Shown one piece after another: positions 9,580-19,299 of a stretch of 64,000 bases of DNA. The position numbers and the translations under genes were made by a program. Location: NCBI GenBank assembly GCA_001004885.1, contig LCRX01000011.1, forward strand, positions 2,000 to 65,999, in the 5' to 3' direction. The first letter of the stretch is position 1, and each line of letters begins with the position of its first letter. The stretch is from Candidatus Magasanikbacteria bacterium GW2011_GWA2_56_11. GTDB lineage: Bacteria; Patescibacteriota; Patescibacteriia; Magasanikbacterales; UBA922. The notes under the pieces were generated by a model that searched no databases, had not been told where the DNA came from, and worked only from the letters and a program-made list of their open reading frames with translations.

Positions 9580-9650
9580 CTCGGGGCCAGGGATTCGAAC
9601 CCCGATAGGCAGAGCCAGAATCTGCAGTCCTACCATTAGACGAGCCCCGA
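9580..9650 (-). tRNA. tRNA-Gln (CTG), CCA not encoded
   Basis: Cloverleaf TCGGGGC...GCCCCGA, anticodon loop TTCTGGC, T-loop GTTCGAATCC. Confidence 0.95.
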
Positions 9651-9802
9651 TTGTATCCGCCGCAGTCCGCCCGTTTGTACAGCGCTTAACATTATTTTTA
9701 TTTTGGTGATAAGCGCTTTGCCTGCCTGCGTCCATACGGACTTAGGCGGCAGGCGGGGGTGGATTGCTTTGTCTTTGTGACCTCACCGTAAATTTTACGC
9801 CG

Positions 9803-10795
9803 CTACTGGTTGATAATATAGCTTTCCTCGAAATCCTTTAGAAATCTTTCGCTCACGACTTTTACGTCCTGCCAGCGCCAGCGGTGGCTCAGAAAAACTT
9901 CCTCATTGAGAATAGCGTGGCGGCCGCCGTTCTCGATCAGATAAACCGTAGGCGCGGTTTTCGTTTTTATTAGCGAATCGTTACCCAGCCGTTTTTCGTT
10001 GAGAACGGGCGAGTAGCCTTCCTTAACCTCGGTTCCGTCCGTGAAGCCGTCGCGATCCGTGTCTTTGTCCCAGAGCTTGGTGCCATAGGAGAGCTCCTCG
10101 GATTTGCTAAGACCGTCATTGTCGCCATCCGTAAACCGGGAGTCGCTGACAGCGGGCGAGGTGAAGACCGCTACCGGCTGCCCGGTGCTGGTCTTGCCCT
10201 CGGGCACAAAATCATGCAGGGCGCTGAGCATTGTAGCATAAGGGTAGCGATAGTCAAGTCCGCGGTTAATTCCCGGTTCGTTGGTGACAAATTCCTGGCG
10301 GTCGTCGTCGTAGCCTTTGATAACCACGGTGTGATAGTCCGGGCCGCCGTTTTTGAAGTAGGGGTTTTTGAGCGCTTTGCCGTGGACCAAGGCAATCACC
10401 GGGCGGCCTTTGTCCATTTCCGCCTTAATCTGGTCCAGGGTCGGCCGGCTCACTGAGTAGGCCTCCCAGGAGTAGAAATTATTGATGATTTCGGCGATCT
10501 GGGCCGCATTGGTGTCTTTGCTAAAGCCGAGTTTGGTGTCCTCAAGATAGATAACATGCTTGATGCGGTTGACGGCTTCGTTTTTTCCGATTGTTTTTTG
10601 CCGCCCGCCGCGGTAATAAGAATCCACCATGACGGTCGCCGCCTCTTCGCAGGCGTCTTCCCAGGGTTGTTTCCAGACTCCTTGCGGGGCCTGCGACGTG
10701 TAGGGTACGTCCAGGGTGTTCGCGGCCGCGGCCGCCGGCAAGGGAACTACGCCGGAGAGAAAGGCCGTGATCAGGGCCAGGGCTTGGTAAAACAT
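9803..10795 (-). CDS. Secreted C39-like peptidase domain protein with DxDxDG calcium-binding repeats
   Basis: Signal peptide; VPYTSQAP...DACEEA (Cys), YHTVVIKGYD (His), TNEPG; DGDNDGL and DTDRDGF repeats. Confidence 0.8.
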   Translation of the reverse strand: MFYQALALITAFLSGVVPLPAAAAANTLDVPYTSQAPQGVWKQPWEDACEEAATVMVDSYYRGGRQKTIGKNEAVNRIKHVIYLEDTKLGFSKDTNAAQIAEIINNFYSWEAYSVSRPTLDQIKAEMDKGRPVIALVHGKALKNPYFKNGGPDYHTVVIKGYDDDRQEFVTNEPGINRGLDYRYPYATMLSALHDFVPEGKTSTGQPVAVFTSPAVSDSRFTDGDNDGLSKSEELSYGTKLWDKDTDRDGFTDGTEVKEGYSPVLNEKRLGNDSLIKTKTAPTVYLIENGGRHAILNEEVFLSHRWRWQDVKVVSERFLKDFEESYIINQ

Positions 10796-10807
10796 AGGTT
10801 TTGCGAG

Positions 10808-12385
10808 TTAATGGATGACTTCGCCGCCCAGAGCCGCCGCCAGATTTTGCAGGTCGCCACCGGCCGCGGGCTCCGCGGGCAAAGCCGACAGCGTAACCTC
10901 GAGACTAAGTCGGCTGCCCAGTATATTTTGGAGGATCGATTCCAGCGTTTGGCGGTTGGCCGGCTGCGTCAATTTTTCGTGGTGAAACGAGTGGGCTACG
11001 CGGACAGTAACCGCTCCGTGTTTGGCCTCGCAGAGCTCGGCCGATTTGAGCAAAAAAAGCAGGGACGGCGATGATGTCTCCAGTTCAGCCAAGAATTTCG
11101 GCCAGGCGGCCTGGACTTCTTCTAATGTAACTTGACGGTGGTGGACCAGATCCTTTACACGCGTCGCGAGCGTTCGTTTGGCCGGCGTTTCCGGTTCGGC
11201 GGTTGCCGCCTGTGCCTCGGCTGTCTTGGCCGGAACCGGGTGCTCCGGGGCGGGAGAGGCTTTCGTCTCCCGACTCGCGCCGGGAGACGGCTCGTCCGCG
11301 CGCGCGGCCCATTCGATAAGCAACAGTTCAAGCGGCAGCTCCGGTACGGGCGAGGAGGGTACCTCCAGGGCTCGCGCCAGGGCGCGGTCAATCAGACGCA
11401 CCGTTTCGGCCGGCCGGAGGCGGCGGGCAATCTGGCTGAGTTCATCCGCCAGCTCGCCGCTCACGTCCATTTCTTCTTCGGCCAGCTTCGGGTCGGCCTG
11501 GTAGACCAGCACCAGGCGCAGTAGCTCGACGACATCCTTTCCGAATTGCGTAAAAAAAATGCCGGTCGAAGCCAATTCGTGCAATACCCTAAGGCCGTCA
11601 GGCACGTCCGACCCAGTGAGCGCGCGCACGTAGCGCATTTGGTCTTCGAGGTTGGTGGCCGGAATAACCAGGGCCGCGTCATCCAGGGTCAGGTGTTCGC
11701 GACCGAGAGCATTGAGCTGGTCAAACAGGCTGACCGCGTCGCGGACGCAGCCTTCGCTTTTTTTGACAATGCGCGCGAGCACCGCTTCGTCCGCCCGTAC
11801 GCCCTCTGCTTCCGCCAGGGTTTTTATATATTTAATCAGAATCTTGGCCGGGACCTTCTTGAAGGTAAAGCGCTGGCAGCGCGAAACAATAGTCGCGGGC
11901 ACCTTGTAAAGCTCCGTGGTCGCCAGGACGAACACCACGTGCGGCGGCGGCTCTTCGAGCGTTTTTAGAAGCGCGTTGAAAGCCGCGGTCGAGAGCATGT
12001 GCGCCTCGTCGATGATGAATACTTTATAGCGGGCTTTCGTGGGCTTGAACTGGACGTTTTCGATGATGTTTTGCCGGACATTCTCTACGCCGGTGTGGCT
12101 GGCGGCGTCAATTTCTATCACGTCGATGGCGCGCGAGGCGCTGATTTCGGCGCAGGCGGGACATTCGTTGCAGGGTTCGGCGCTGTCCGCGGCGCGGCGT
12201 TCGCAATTGAGCGCTTTGGCCAGTACCCGCGCGGTCGTGGTTTTGCCGACCCCTCTCGGACCGGAGAATAGATAAGCGTGAGCCGCGCGGTCCAGCTTTA
12301 GCTGGTTGGTAAGCGTAGTTACCACGTGCTCCTGGGCAATGATCGTGGCGAAAAGCTGCGGCCGGTGTTTGTGGTAGAGTGCCAT
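10808..12385 (-). CDS. dnaX: DNA polymerase III subunit gamma/tau
   Basis: GPRGVGKTT, zinc cysteines, IEIDAAS, IIDEAHML, SRC motifs. Confidence 0.97.
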   Translation of the reverse strand: MALYHKHRPQLFATIIAQEHVVTTLTNQLKLDRAAHAYLFSGPRGVGKTTTARVLAKALNCERRAADSAEPCNECPACAEISASRAIDVIEIDAASHTGVENVRQNIIENVQFKPTKARYKVFIIDEAHMLSTAAFNALLKTLEEPPPHVVFVLATTELYKVPATIVSRCQRFTFKKVPAKILIKYIKTLAEAEGVRADEAVLARIVKKSEGCVRDAVSLFDQLNALGREHLTLDDAALVIPATNLEDQMRYVRALTGSDVPDGLRVLHELASTGIFFTQFGKDVVELLRLVLVYQADPKLAEEEMDVSGELADELSQIARRLRPAETVRLIDRALARALEVPSSPVPELPLELLLIEWAARADEPSPGASRETKASPAPEHPVPAKTAEAQAATAEPETPAKRTLATRVKDLVHHRQVTLEEVQAAWPKFLAELETSSPSLLFLLKSAELCEAKHGAVTVRVAHSFHHEKLTQPANRQTLESILQNILGSRLSLEVTLSALPAEPAAGGDLQNLAAALGGEVIH

Positions 12386-12468
12386 AAAGCGTAGTTGACA
12401 GTGATTAGTATACCGTATATTCTACGGGCGGTAAACACAGGGCTTTTGGGCGGCGCGAGTGCCGACTA

Positions 12469-12505
12469 TTGCCTTGAGGGCGTGGCTGTGCTATACTGTG
12501 GATAA
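12469..12505 (+). promoter_or_regulatory. Sigma70-type promoter (TTGCCT-17-TATACT) abutting a consensus DnaA box (TGTGGATAA, 12497-12505)
   Basis: Exact motif matches in the dnaX/SWIB divergent intergenic region. Confidence 0.5.
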
Positions 12506-12540
12506 CCGTTAAGTTAATTTACTTACTCTAATCTAGTGCT

Positions 12541-12801
12541 ATGCCTAGAAAAGCCAATCCGGCGCTTTTGAAGCCGCTCAAGGTTTCGGGGGAGCTCGCG
12601 GCAGTTATCGGTCCCGGGCCGATGGCGCGCGGACAAGTGATGAAAAAAATTTGGGAATACATCAAGGCGCGTAATTTGCAGAATCCCAGCAACAAGCGCA
12701 ACATCCTGGCGGATGAAAAGCTTAAGCCGCTTTTCGCAGGCAAAGCAGAGGTCTCGATGTTCGAGATGACCAAGCTCATCTCCAAACACTTGTCCGATTA
12801 A
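12541..12801 (+). CDS. Stand-alone SWIB/MDM2 domain protein
   Basis: LAAVIG...KIWEYIKARNLQNP...ILADEKLK...MFEMTK. Confidence 0.9.
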   Translation: MPRKANPALLKPLKVSGELAAVIGPGPMARGQVMKKIWEYIKARNLQNPSNKRNILADEKLKPLFAGKAEVSMFEMTKLISKHLSD

Positions 12802-12826
12802 GCGGCCGCAAATAGACCAAGCAATC

Positions 12827-12855
12827 AAACATCCCGACTCAGTCGGGATGTTTTT
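12827..12855 (+). terminator. Intrinsic terminator between convergent genes
   Basis: AAACATCCCGACT-C-AGTCGGGATGTTTTT. Confidence 0.75.
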
Positions 12856-12880
12856 AATCCGGGTTTTGGTTGCCAGCGCC

Positions 12881-13561
12881 TTAATTGCCGATAATATTTT
12901 CTACCGCGCCCCAATCGCTCGCTCCGTTTTCCGGTACGAGTAGTACGATCTGGTCGCCGGATTTGCCCTGGTAGAAGCTCACCGAGGCGGTAAGCACTTT
13001 ATAGCGGCGGCTGCCGACGGCGGCGAACCAGCGGCGGGTGTCCGGATTTTGTTCCAGGATCCCGATAACGCGGGCGCGGGCGGCCGGGCCGATTTGTTTA
13101 TAAATAAACGAACCGGAGCTGGTAATCGTGAGCTTCATAATGTCGCCCTCTACCAGCTTGGATTTGCTGGCGTAATTGGGCGGGACATGGTACTCCTGCC
13201 CGTCCGGACCGACCATTTTTTCGCCGTTGAATACTCCCTCGATGACACGCTCGCCGCCGGCCGCGGCCGTTTCGTGATAATCCGGCGCGCGGCTCGGGGC
13301 GGGGCTGCCGCCGTCTAAGAGTCGCAGCAGGGCGTCTATTTGGTCTTTTAGCGCGTACAGGCCGCGGCGAATAGCCTCTTGTTGGGGCGGAGCAGCCGGC
13401 ATATCGTCGGCGAATAGATCGCTCAGACCGGCAACCGGCAGGGACGGTAAGTCCGAGTCGGGGGGCGCCGCGGCAACCGCGCGGTCGGTTCGCTTGGAGT
13501 CCGGTTGATGGCCTTTGAATTGTTCCTCTTTATCCTGGAGGAGCGTGGCGAGGGCATCCAT
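12881..13561 (-). CDS. Conserved CPR hypothetical protein
   Basis: IEGVFNG...YHVPPNYASKSKLVEGD...FIYKQIGP motif typical of a CPR-wide family. Confidence 0.8.
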   Translation of the reverse strand: MDALATLLQDKEEQFKGHQPDSKRTDRAVAAAPPDSDLPSLPVAGLSDLFADDMPAAPPQQEAIRRGLYALKDQIDALLRLLDGGSPAPSRAPDYHETAAAGGERVIEGVFNGEKMVGPDGQEYHVPPNYASKSKLVEGDIMKLTITSSGSFIYKQIGPAARARVIGILEQNPDTRRWFAAVGSRRYKVLTASVSFYQGKSGDQIVLLVPENGASDWGAVENIIGN

Positions 13562-13595
13562 ATGTATGGCGGGAAATTATTTTTGGGAGTAGGTT

Positions 13596-14327
13596 CTAGG
13601 CTGGTACGTCGGATATGGCTTCATCGGTCCGGGCATGCTCCTCGATATGGAATTTTTTATCAACCATAATTTTTATGGCGATGAATATGGCCATGAATAC
13701 CGAGTGTAAAATTGATTTCAAAAAAGGCGGTTGGCCGCTCAGGAGCAGAGTGAGGCTGAATCCCGCCAGTCCGACGGTGGTAACGCCGATCAAAATCGTA
13801 AAGTGCAGAATAATAATCCGTTTGTAGGGCGCGAACATCAGGGAGATAAAATCCCGGCGCTTGTACTCGCCGCCCTCGATAAAATTTTGCTGGTATGACA
13901 GGCCGTGGCTCACGAGAAAACCTACCGCCACTGCCAGCAATCCCAGCCGGTCGGCCCAGGAATTACTCTCCATGGCCAGCGCGCCAATTAGCGCGGGCAG
14001 AGCTTGAAAGAGGAAAAACCAGTAGACAAACAGGAATCCGCTGAAATGCAGGATAAAGAAAGCGGTGGCGAACACTCGCGTCTGGGTAGCGCGCGCCGGC
14101 ACCGAGTCCGGCCGGCCAGCGCCGTTTTCCGACGGCAAGTCGGGAACAGCCTCGGCGCGCAGCATCTTCAAGACCGTGTAAAATCCGATTACCGCGGTCT
14201 CCCACCAGTAGGCGTAGAGGAGTGCCAGTACGTTCCAGCGCAGGAGAACCACTCCCAAGAGGGGTATAAGATTGGCGTATACCAGTGTCCGCGCACTTTT
14301 TAAACGGCGAGTTCCGGCTGGAGTCAC
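13596..14327 (-). CDS. Integral membrane protein (DUF6498-like)
   Basis: NLIPLLGV..W, YWWE, FFILHF, MFAPYKRIIILH. Confidence 0.75.
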   Translation of the reverse strand: MTPAGTRRLKSARTLVYANLIPLLGVVLLRWNVLALLYAYWWETAVIGFYTVLKMLRAEAVPDLPSENGAGRPDSVPARATQTRVFATAFFILHFSGFLFVYWFFLFQALPALIGALAMESNSWADRLGLLAVAVGFLVSHGLSYQQNFIEGGEYKRRDFISLMFAPYKRIIILHFTILIGVTTVGLAGFSLTLLLSGQPPFLKSILHSVFMAIFIAIKIMVDKKFHIEEHARTDEAISDVPA

Positions 14328-14348
14328 ACGGCGGCAGTGATAAGTAAA

Positions 14349-16814
14349 TTACAGTGTTGCCTCGATCATGTCTGTTTTGCTGTTCTGTTCGCCGCCTCCC
14401 AGCCGGGTTCGTTCCATGATCTCGGCTTCCACGATCCGGCGGTCGCGTCCGTACTTGAGGCGCGAGAGCTGCTTGATAGCGCTTCCCAGGGGTTTGTTAC
14501 CCTTTTCCGGGGGGTAGGTAAGCATGCTGAACGGTTTGGACGCTTCGTTGTCTATCAGCAGCTTGACGTAATAGGAATATTGCGGCGGGTTAAGGAGGTC
14601 GTAGGCGCCGAAAGTGGGGGCGAACTCCTTGGAGAGAATGTCGGCGTCATCCGGGCCGATGCGTCCGGTGCAGAAGGTGCCGACGTTGCCGAGGACCGCG
14701 TCGCGGATTGCGGAGCGGCCTTTGTCGTCCGTGAGCTGCCCCATGTATTGGTCCTTGCGCGTCGCCTCGTCCGAGTCGGCCCGTCCCATGGCGGCCATTT
14801 GAAGTTTGGCCACAATAATCAGTCCCAGAAGTTTGGCATTCACTTCGCCGGTCGTGCCCTTGGCCAGATTGACCAGGAGGATTTTTTCCTGGTCCATCAC
14901 CTCGCGGAAGTCAAAGCCGGATTTTTGCTGGCCCATGATGTTTCGCATCATTTCGTTTTCCACGAAACGGCCGACCTTGGAGATAAGATAGCCGAGCATC
15001 TCCGATTTGTGAAAGTCGCTCGTTTTGGCCATTTCTTTTTCCCAAAAGGCGCGCACGATCGGGTCTTTCAATTTTTTAAGGTAAATTTTTACGTAGTTGT
15101 CGTCCGTGAACATGCGCGGAATATCAATGACCGTGCCGGCGTCATTGATATCCGCCATGAGGGTGAGCATGACATTGCGCATGTTGTGCTCGAACATTGG
15201 GCCGATCATTTCCGGCGGAAAGAGCTTGTAAAAAATAGCGATCATTTCTTGCACCGCGAAATCTTTCTGGTCGTCCGTTTTGGTTTCGAGCATATTAAGC
15301 CCTATCGGCCGCTCGAGGTCCGACGGATTGAAGATGATTACGTCGTCGGCGCGATTTTTGGGCACGTGCTGCAGCACATCTTCGACCAGGTCGCCGTGCG
15401 GGTCCACAATGCAGACACCCTTGCCGTTTTTGATATCCTGCCGCGCCAGATTGGAGATGAGAACCGATTTTCCGGTACCGGATTTGCCGATAATATAAAG
15501 GTGCCGCCGGCGGTCGGCGTCTTTCATGTAAACCGGCGTGTCCGCGCCGCGGTAGGGCACATGGCCGAGCAGCAACCCGACTTTGGGCAGATTGGGCGGC
15601 GGCGGCGCGCGGCGGCCCGTGAGCCACCGGATGTTGGGCGCTTCGGTGGAGTGCAGCGGCAGATGCCAGAGGCTGGCCATTTCTTCGGTATTAACTACGA
15701 AGCCGCGGCTTTCGTGGAACGAACGGTAGATAAAATCCCGGATGACCGATTGCTGGGTGCGCGGCACGAGCGCGGAAAATTCATTGCCGTAGCGGTAGAG
15801 ATTGTACTGGCTGAAAGAATGGATGATATTGTCCAAGTTTTGCCGCGCCAGCTCCGCGTCCGCGGACACGCTGATCAGGCGCAGGGTTACTTGCAGCCCG
15901 CCTTTGGAGAGCTTTTCTTCGATGCCTTTCAACATTTCGTCTTCCATGGCCGAGAGCTGGTAGGCCGGTTTTTCGTTTTGCTTGGTCGGACTCAATTGTT
16001 CGCCTACGCCGCGCGCGACGAGGCCAAAGGCGTGCCAGAAGCGGTTTTTGTGGATGACGTTCTCGAATTTTTTCCCCTGGCGCACCTCGCGCACTATCCG
16101 CACGCCTTTGCGCCGCCACCGTTTAGGCGCTGGACGGGTGACGATTTGCACCGCGGCCGAACTGTCGGCTTCGTGAATTTTGGACAAGACGTTGAGGATG
16201 GACGACAGCGGGTCGGAGTCCATTTTTTTGTAAGTGCGAAAGGGGAGAACCGTAGTTTGCTTATTGGTCAGATAGGCGCCGACAATCTTGCTTTCGGGCG
16301 TAAAAATATTGTAATCGGTCATTTCCTCGATATGGGCATACGGGTATTGGGCGTTGATTTGCTGTTCGATAAACGCGCGGAGCTTGTGCGGCACCGCCAC
16401 GTAAAAATAGATCAAGTTTTTTTCCACGACGATTTCAAAAGCCAAATGATCGTTGCGCCCGCGCAGCCAGCTGAGAAAGCCCTGGTGCTGCTTGAGTCCG
16501 GCCACTGTCGAGAAGAGGGTTTCGGTGATGCCAATTTCTTCCTTGATTTGTTCCAGCCTGTCCTCGGCCGCCCCCTGGTTGGTGCCTTCGGAACGTTTTT
16601 CTTTCGGGACCTGGATTTGCAGTACCATCCGGTCGAACGCGTGCCGGGCTTTGTAGAGCGTGCGGGTGATGCTGCGGATCAGAAAGAGCGCGCCGGCGAC
16701 CAGGAGTATGCCCGACAGGAGGAGGATAACAGTCAAAAAATATTCTTCATTTGATAAATTGGTTGCCGGAGGCAGAGAGGCGGCGGCGAACTGGAGCATA
16801 GAGCGTGATTTCAA
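14349..16814 (-). CDS. VirB4/TraG/HerA-like ATPase (CPR type) with an in-frame deletion of the Walker B region
   Basis: N-terminal TM, DRRRHLYIIGKSGTGKS, DPHGDL; RKD is joined directly to QYMGQL with no IDEFQ motif. Confidence 0.85.
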   Translation of the reverse strand: MKSRSMLQFAAASLPPATNLSNEEYFLTVILLLSGILLVAGALFLIRSITRTLYKARHAFDRMVLQIQVPKEKRSEGTNQGAAEDRLEQIKEEIGITETLFSTVAGLKQHQGFLSWLRGRNDHLAFEIVVEKNLIYFYVAVPHKLRAFIEQQINAQYPYAHIEEMTDYNIFTPESKIVGAYLTNKQTTVLPFRTYKKMDSDPLSSILNVLSKIHEADSSAAVQIVTRPAPKRWRRKGVRIVREVRQGKKFENVIHKNRFWHAFGLVARGVGEQLSPTKQNEKPAYQLSAMEDEMLKGIEEKLSKGGLQVTLRLISVSADAELARQNLDNIIHSFSQYNLYRYGNEFSALVPRTQQSVIRDFIYRSFHESRGFVVNTEEMASLWHLPLHSTEAPNIRWLTGRRAPPPPNLPKVGLLLGHVPYRGADTPVYMKDADRRRHLYIIGKSGTGKSVLISNLARQDIKNGKGVCIVDPHGDLVEDVLQHVPKNRADDVIIFNPSDLERPIGLNMLETKTDDQKDFAVQEMIAIFYKLFPPEMIGPMFEHNMRNVMLTLMADINDAGTVIDIPRMFTDDNYVKIYLKKLKDPIVRAFWEKEMAKTSDFHKSEMLGYLISKVGRFVENEMMRNIMGQQKSGFDFREVMDQEKILLVNLAKGTTGEVNAKLLGLIIVAKLQMAAMGRADSDEATRKDQYMGQLTDDKGRSAIRDAVLGNVGTFCTGRIGPDDADILSKEFAPTFGAYDLLNPPQYSYYVKLLIDNEASKPFSMLTYPPEKGNKPLGSAIKQLSRLKYGRDRRIVEAEIMERTRLGGGEQNSKTDMIEATL

Positions 16815-17416
16815 TTTTTTGACTTTCGCTTGAGCGCCATTATTTGGTCGGCCTTTATCTTCGCCTCCTGCTCCAGAAAAAGCCGGTTGACCCCGGGCAG
16901 TATCCGCAGCCAGCTGACGAGCAGTTTAAAAATTTTTTTGATTTTAACGTGGGCCTGTTTGAGCAGAGCCCGGATCTCCCAGGCTGTCTGTTCTCCCTTT
17001 ATCTTGAATTCCTGCTGTTGAACAGGCGTGAGTACCCGGTAGGCGTCGGCCAGGCCGGCCTCCATGATATTTTCAATTTGCACTGTCAGCTCGTCGCGCA
17101 CAGCCGGGATGGCGGTCGGCTTGTTTTTCCGGCCGCGCAAACTTTGGCGCAGCCGGTTAATAGCCTCGTCCAAAAAATTATCCTTGCCGTCGGGCGGCTG
17201 GTCTGCCTGGCGTTTTTCCGATTGTTCGCCGTCGATCTGAGCCGCGGTTTCCGGCTGTGCCTCGGAGACCGGAGTTTTTTCCGGTCGGCGGTCGGCCGCG
17301 GCCGGTTCTGGGGCCGGATCGGGCGGCGTTTCGCGTGCGGCGTTCCCCAAGACCACGGGCGCTTCGGGCGGGGGCAGCGACCGTTCGGTGGACGGTAAAA
17401 AGGATGGCAAAGCCAT
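16811..17416 (-). CDS. Conserved hypothetical protein, translationally coupled to the ATPase
   Basis: IENIM...FKIKGEQTA...WLRILPGVNRLFLEQEAKIK; ATGA overlap with the ATPase start. Confidence 0.8.
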   Translation of the reverse strand: MALPSFLPSTERSLPPPEAPVVLGNAARETPPDPAPEPAAADRRPEKTPVSEAQPETAAQIDGEQSEKRQADQPPDGKDNFLDEAINRLRQSLRGRKNKPTAIPAVRDELTVQIENIMEAGLADAYRVLTPVQQQEFKIKGEQTAWEIRALLKQAHVKIKKIFKLLVSWLRILPGVNRLFLEQEAKIKADQIMALKRKSKN

Positions 17417-17551
17417 ATAAAGCGTGTGTCGGGGGACCGCTAGAGGGCGGACGCAGGATTACGCAGAGTAGTATAGCAAAAAAAACTAAAATCCGGAATT
17501 GTTTCTGCTTGGCCGAAACCTATGACTTTGAATTCAGCCGCCGCGGTCGGG

Positions 17552-18919
17552 CTATTTAGCCTTTCGGACGGCTTGTCCTTCGCTGCCGTCCTCGACCAGA
17601 TAGCCGCTCGCGGCTATTTCGGCGCGCAGGCGGTCGCTTTCGTCCCAGTTTTTCCGGGCGCGGGCCGCGGCGCGCTGGTCGAGCAGCTTTTGCACCTCGG
17701 AGGGAATTATGGCCGGAGCTTCTTCTGGCTGGTGCAGGTCAAGGCCGAGCACCTTGTCGAAAGTAATGACAGTATTGAGAGTAATTTGTTTTTCTTTGAG
17801 CGCGCTCCAAAGGAGCGCCAGGGCCGCCGGCGTATTTAGATCGTCGTTCAGGGCGTCGAGCCAGTCGCGTTTTAGACTGGGGGGAGTCAGACTGTCGCGA
17901 GGGATGCGGCGCACTTCTCGGCGCAGGTTTTCGAGCCCGGTTTGCGCCGCCCTGAGCGCCTCCCAGCTAAAGCCGAGCTGTTTGCGGTAATGGGCTTGCA
18001 GCAGGAAATAGCGGTAACTGAGCGGGGAGAAGCCTTTTTCCTCGAGCGTGGCGAGCGTAATGAAGTTTTCTCCGGACTTGGCCATTTTGGTTTCGGCAAT
18101 ATTCAGAAATTCTCCGTGCAGCCAATAGCGCACCCATGGCTTGAGTCCGGTCGCCGCCTCGCTCTGGGCAATCTCGTTGGTGTGGTGCACCGCTATGTGG
18201 TCAACGCCGCCGCAGTGGATATCGAACTGCTCGCCTAGGTATTTCATGCTCATGGCCGAACATTCTATGTGCCAGCCAGGGAAGCCGGGGCGGCCGAAGG
18301 CCAGCCACTCCATCTGTCGTTTTTCTCCGGCCGGAGTGAATTTCCAGAGGGCAAAATCATGCAGGCGGCGTTTTTGCCCCATTTCCACGCGCGCGCCGGC
18401 TTTCAGGGATTGTTTTTGAAGCTGGGCCAGTTGGCCGTAACCGGGATCTTTGGCGGTATCGAAATAAATTCCGTCTTCGGTGGTATAGGTGTACCCTTTG
18501 TCAATAAGCGTCTGTACCAGGGCGATCTGCTCGGGTATGTGCTCGGTGGCGCGGCACCAGATATTGGGTTCTATGATATTGAGTTTTGCGATATCGCGCT
18601 GAAAAGCGAGGGTATAATACTCGGCGATATCCCAAGCCGATTTGCCTTCGCGCCGGGCGCCGGTTTCAATTTTGTCTTCGCCCGAGTCAGCGTCGTCGGT
18701 GAGATGCCCGACATCGGTAATATTCATGACATGCAGCACGTCGAGACCGTTGTGGCGCAGGGTTCTCTTTAGGACGTCTTCGAACACGTACGTGCGCAAA
18801 TTGCCGATATGCGCGTAATTGTACACGGTCGGCCCGCAGGTGTAGAGGCCGACATGGGAACCAGCCAGCGGCCGCAGGTCTTCAAGCGCGCGGGTGAGAG
18901 TATTGAAGAGTTTGAGCAT
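17552..18919 (-). CDS. cysS: Cysteine--tRNA ligase
   Basis: CGPTVY, HIGN, PGWHIECSAM, KMAKS; start placed at MLKLFNT. Confidence 0.97.
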   Translation of the reverse strand: MLKLFNTLTRALEDLRPLAGSHVGLYTCGPTVYNYAHIGNLRTYVFEDVLKRTLRHNGLDVLHVMNITDVGHLTDDADSGEDKIETGARREGKSAWDIAEYYTLAFQRDIAKLNIIEPNIWCRATEHIPEQIALVQTLIDKGYTYTTEDGIYFDTAKDPGYGQLAQLQKQSLKAGARVEMGQKRRLHDFALWKFTPAGEKRQMEWLAFGRPGFPGWHIECSAMSMKYLGEQFDIHCGGVDHIAVHHTNEIAQSEAATGLKPWVRYWLHGEFLNIAETKMAKSGENFITLATLEEKGFSPLSYRYFLLQAHYRKQLGFSWEALRAAQTGLENLRREVRRIPRDSLTPPSLKRDWLDALNDDLNTPAALALLWSALKEKQITLNTVITFDKVLGLDLHQPEEAPAIIPSEVQKLLDQRAAARARKNWDESDRLRAEIAASGYLVEDGSEGQAVRKAK

Positions 18920-18968
18920 AAGCAATAGTAAAAGCGCCAATTGGGCGTCCCCTCCGCCAAACTATAAT

Positions 18969-19127
18969 GGACTCACAGCGAGCCCCCCCCCTTTTTCGCC
19001 GAAACATAGACTGATTTTCGCGGCCCCAAAACTCGCTCTTACAGGCTCAGACATTGGTGCCGTAAAAATCAGTCTCTGTTTCGGCTCAAGTTAGAGAATA
19101 GAATTGCTAATAACTCACTACCAGTCC
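18969..19127. repeat. Long-hairpin intergenic repeat, family A, copy 3 (inverted relative to the others)
   Basis: Reverse complement of copies 1, 2 and 4; one arm carries each stem variant. Confidence 0.95.
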
Positions 19128-19299
19128 AATTCAATGAGAGAGCCGGGAACTGCTCACTGGCGTTAGGGGAGTATAGAAGAGTTATCCGCGGAGCGCAAGA
19201 CTTGCGTGTAGTCCCGCATTTCCGTATACTGTTTAGAACCCACCCCAGAATAACTCCTGGTTCTAAACTGGCTCATAATTATTTTTTGCGATCGCCTCT

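Noticed and set aside
14337-16754. 805-aa plus-strand ORF
   Set aside because: Antisense shadow of the ATPase gene with no motifs; the same applies to most overlapping ORFs in the track
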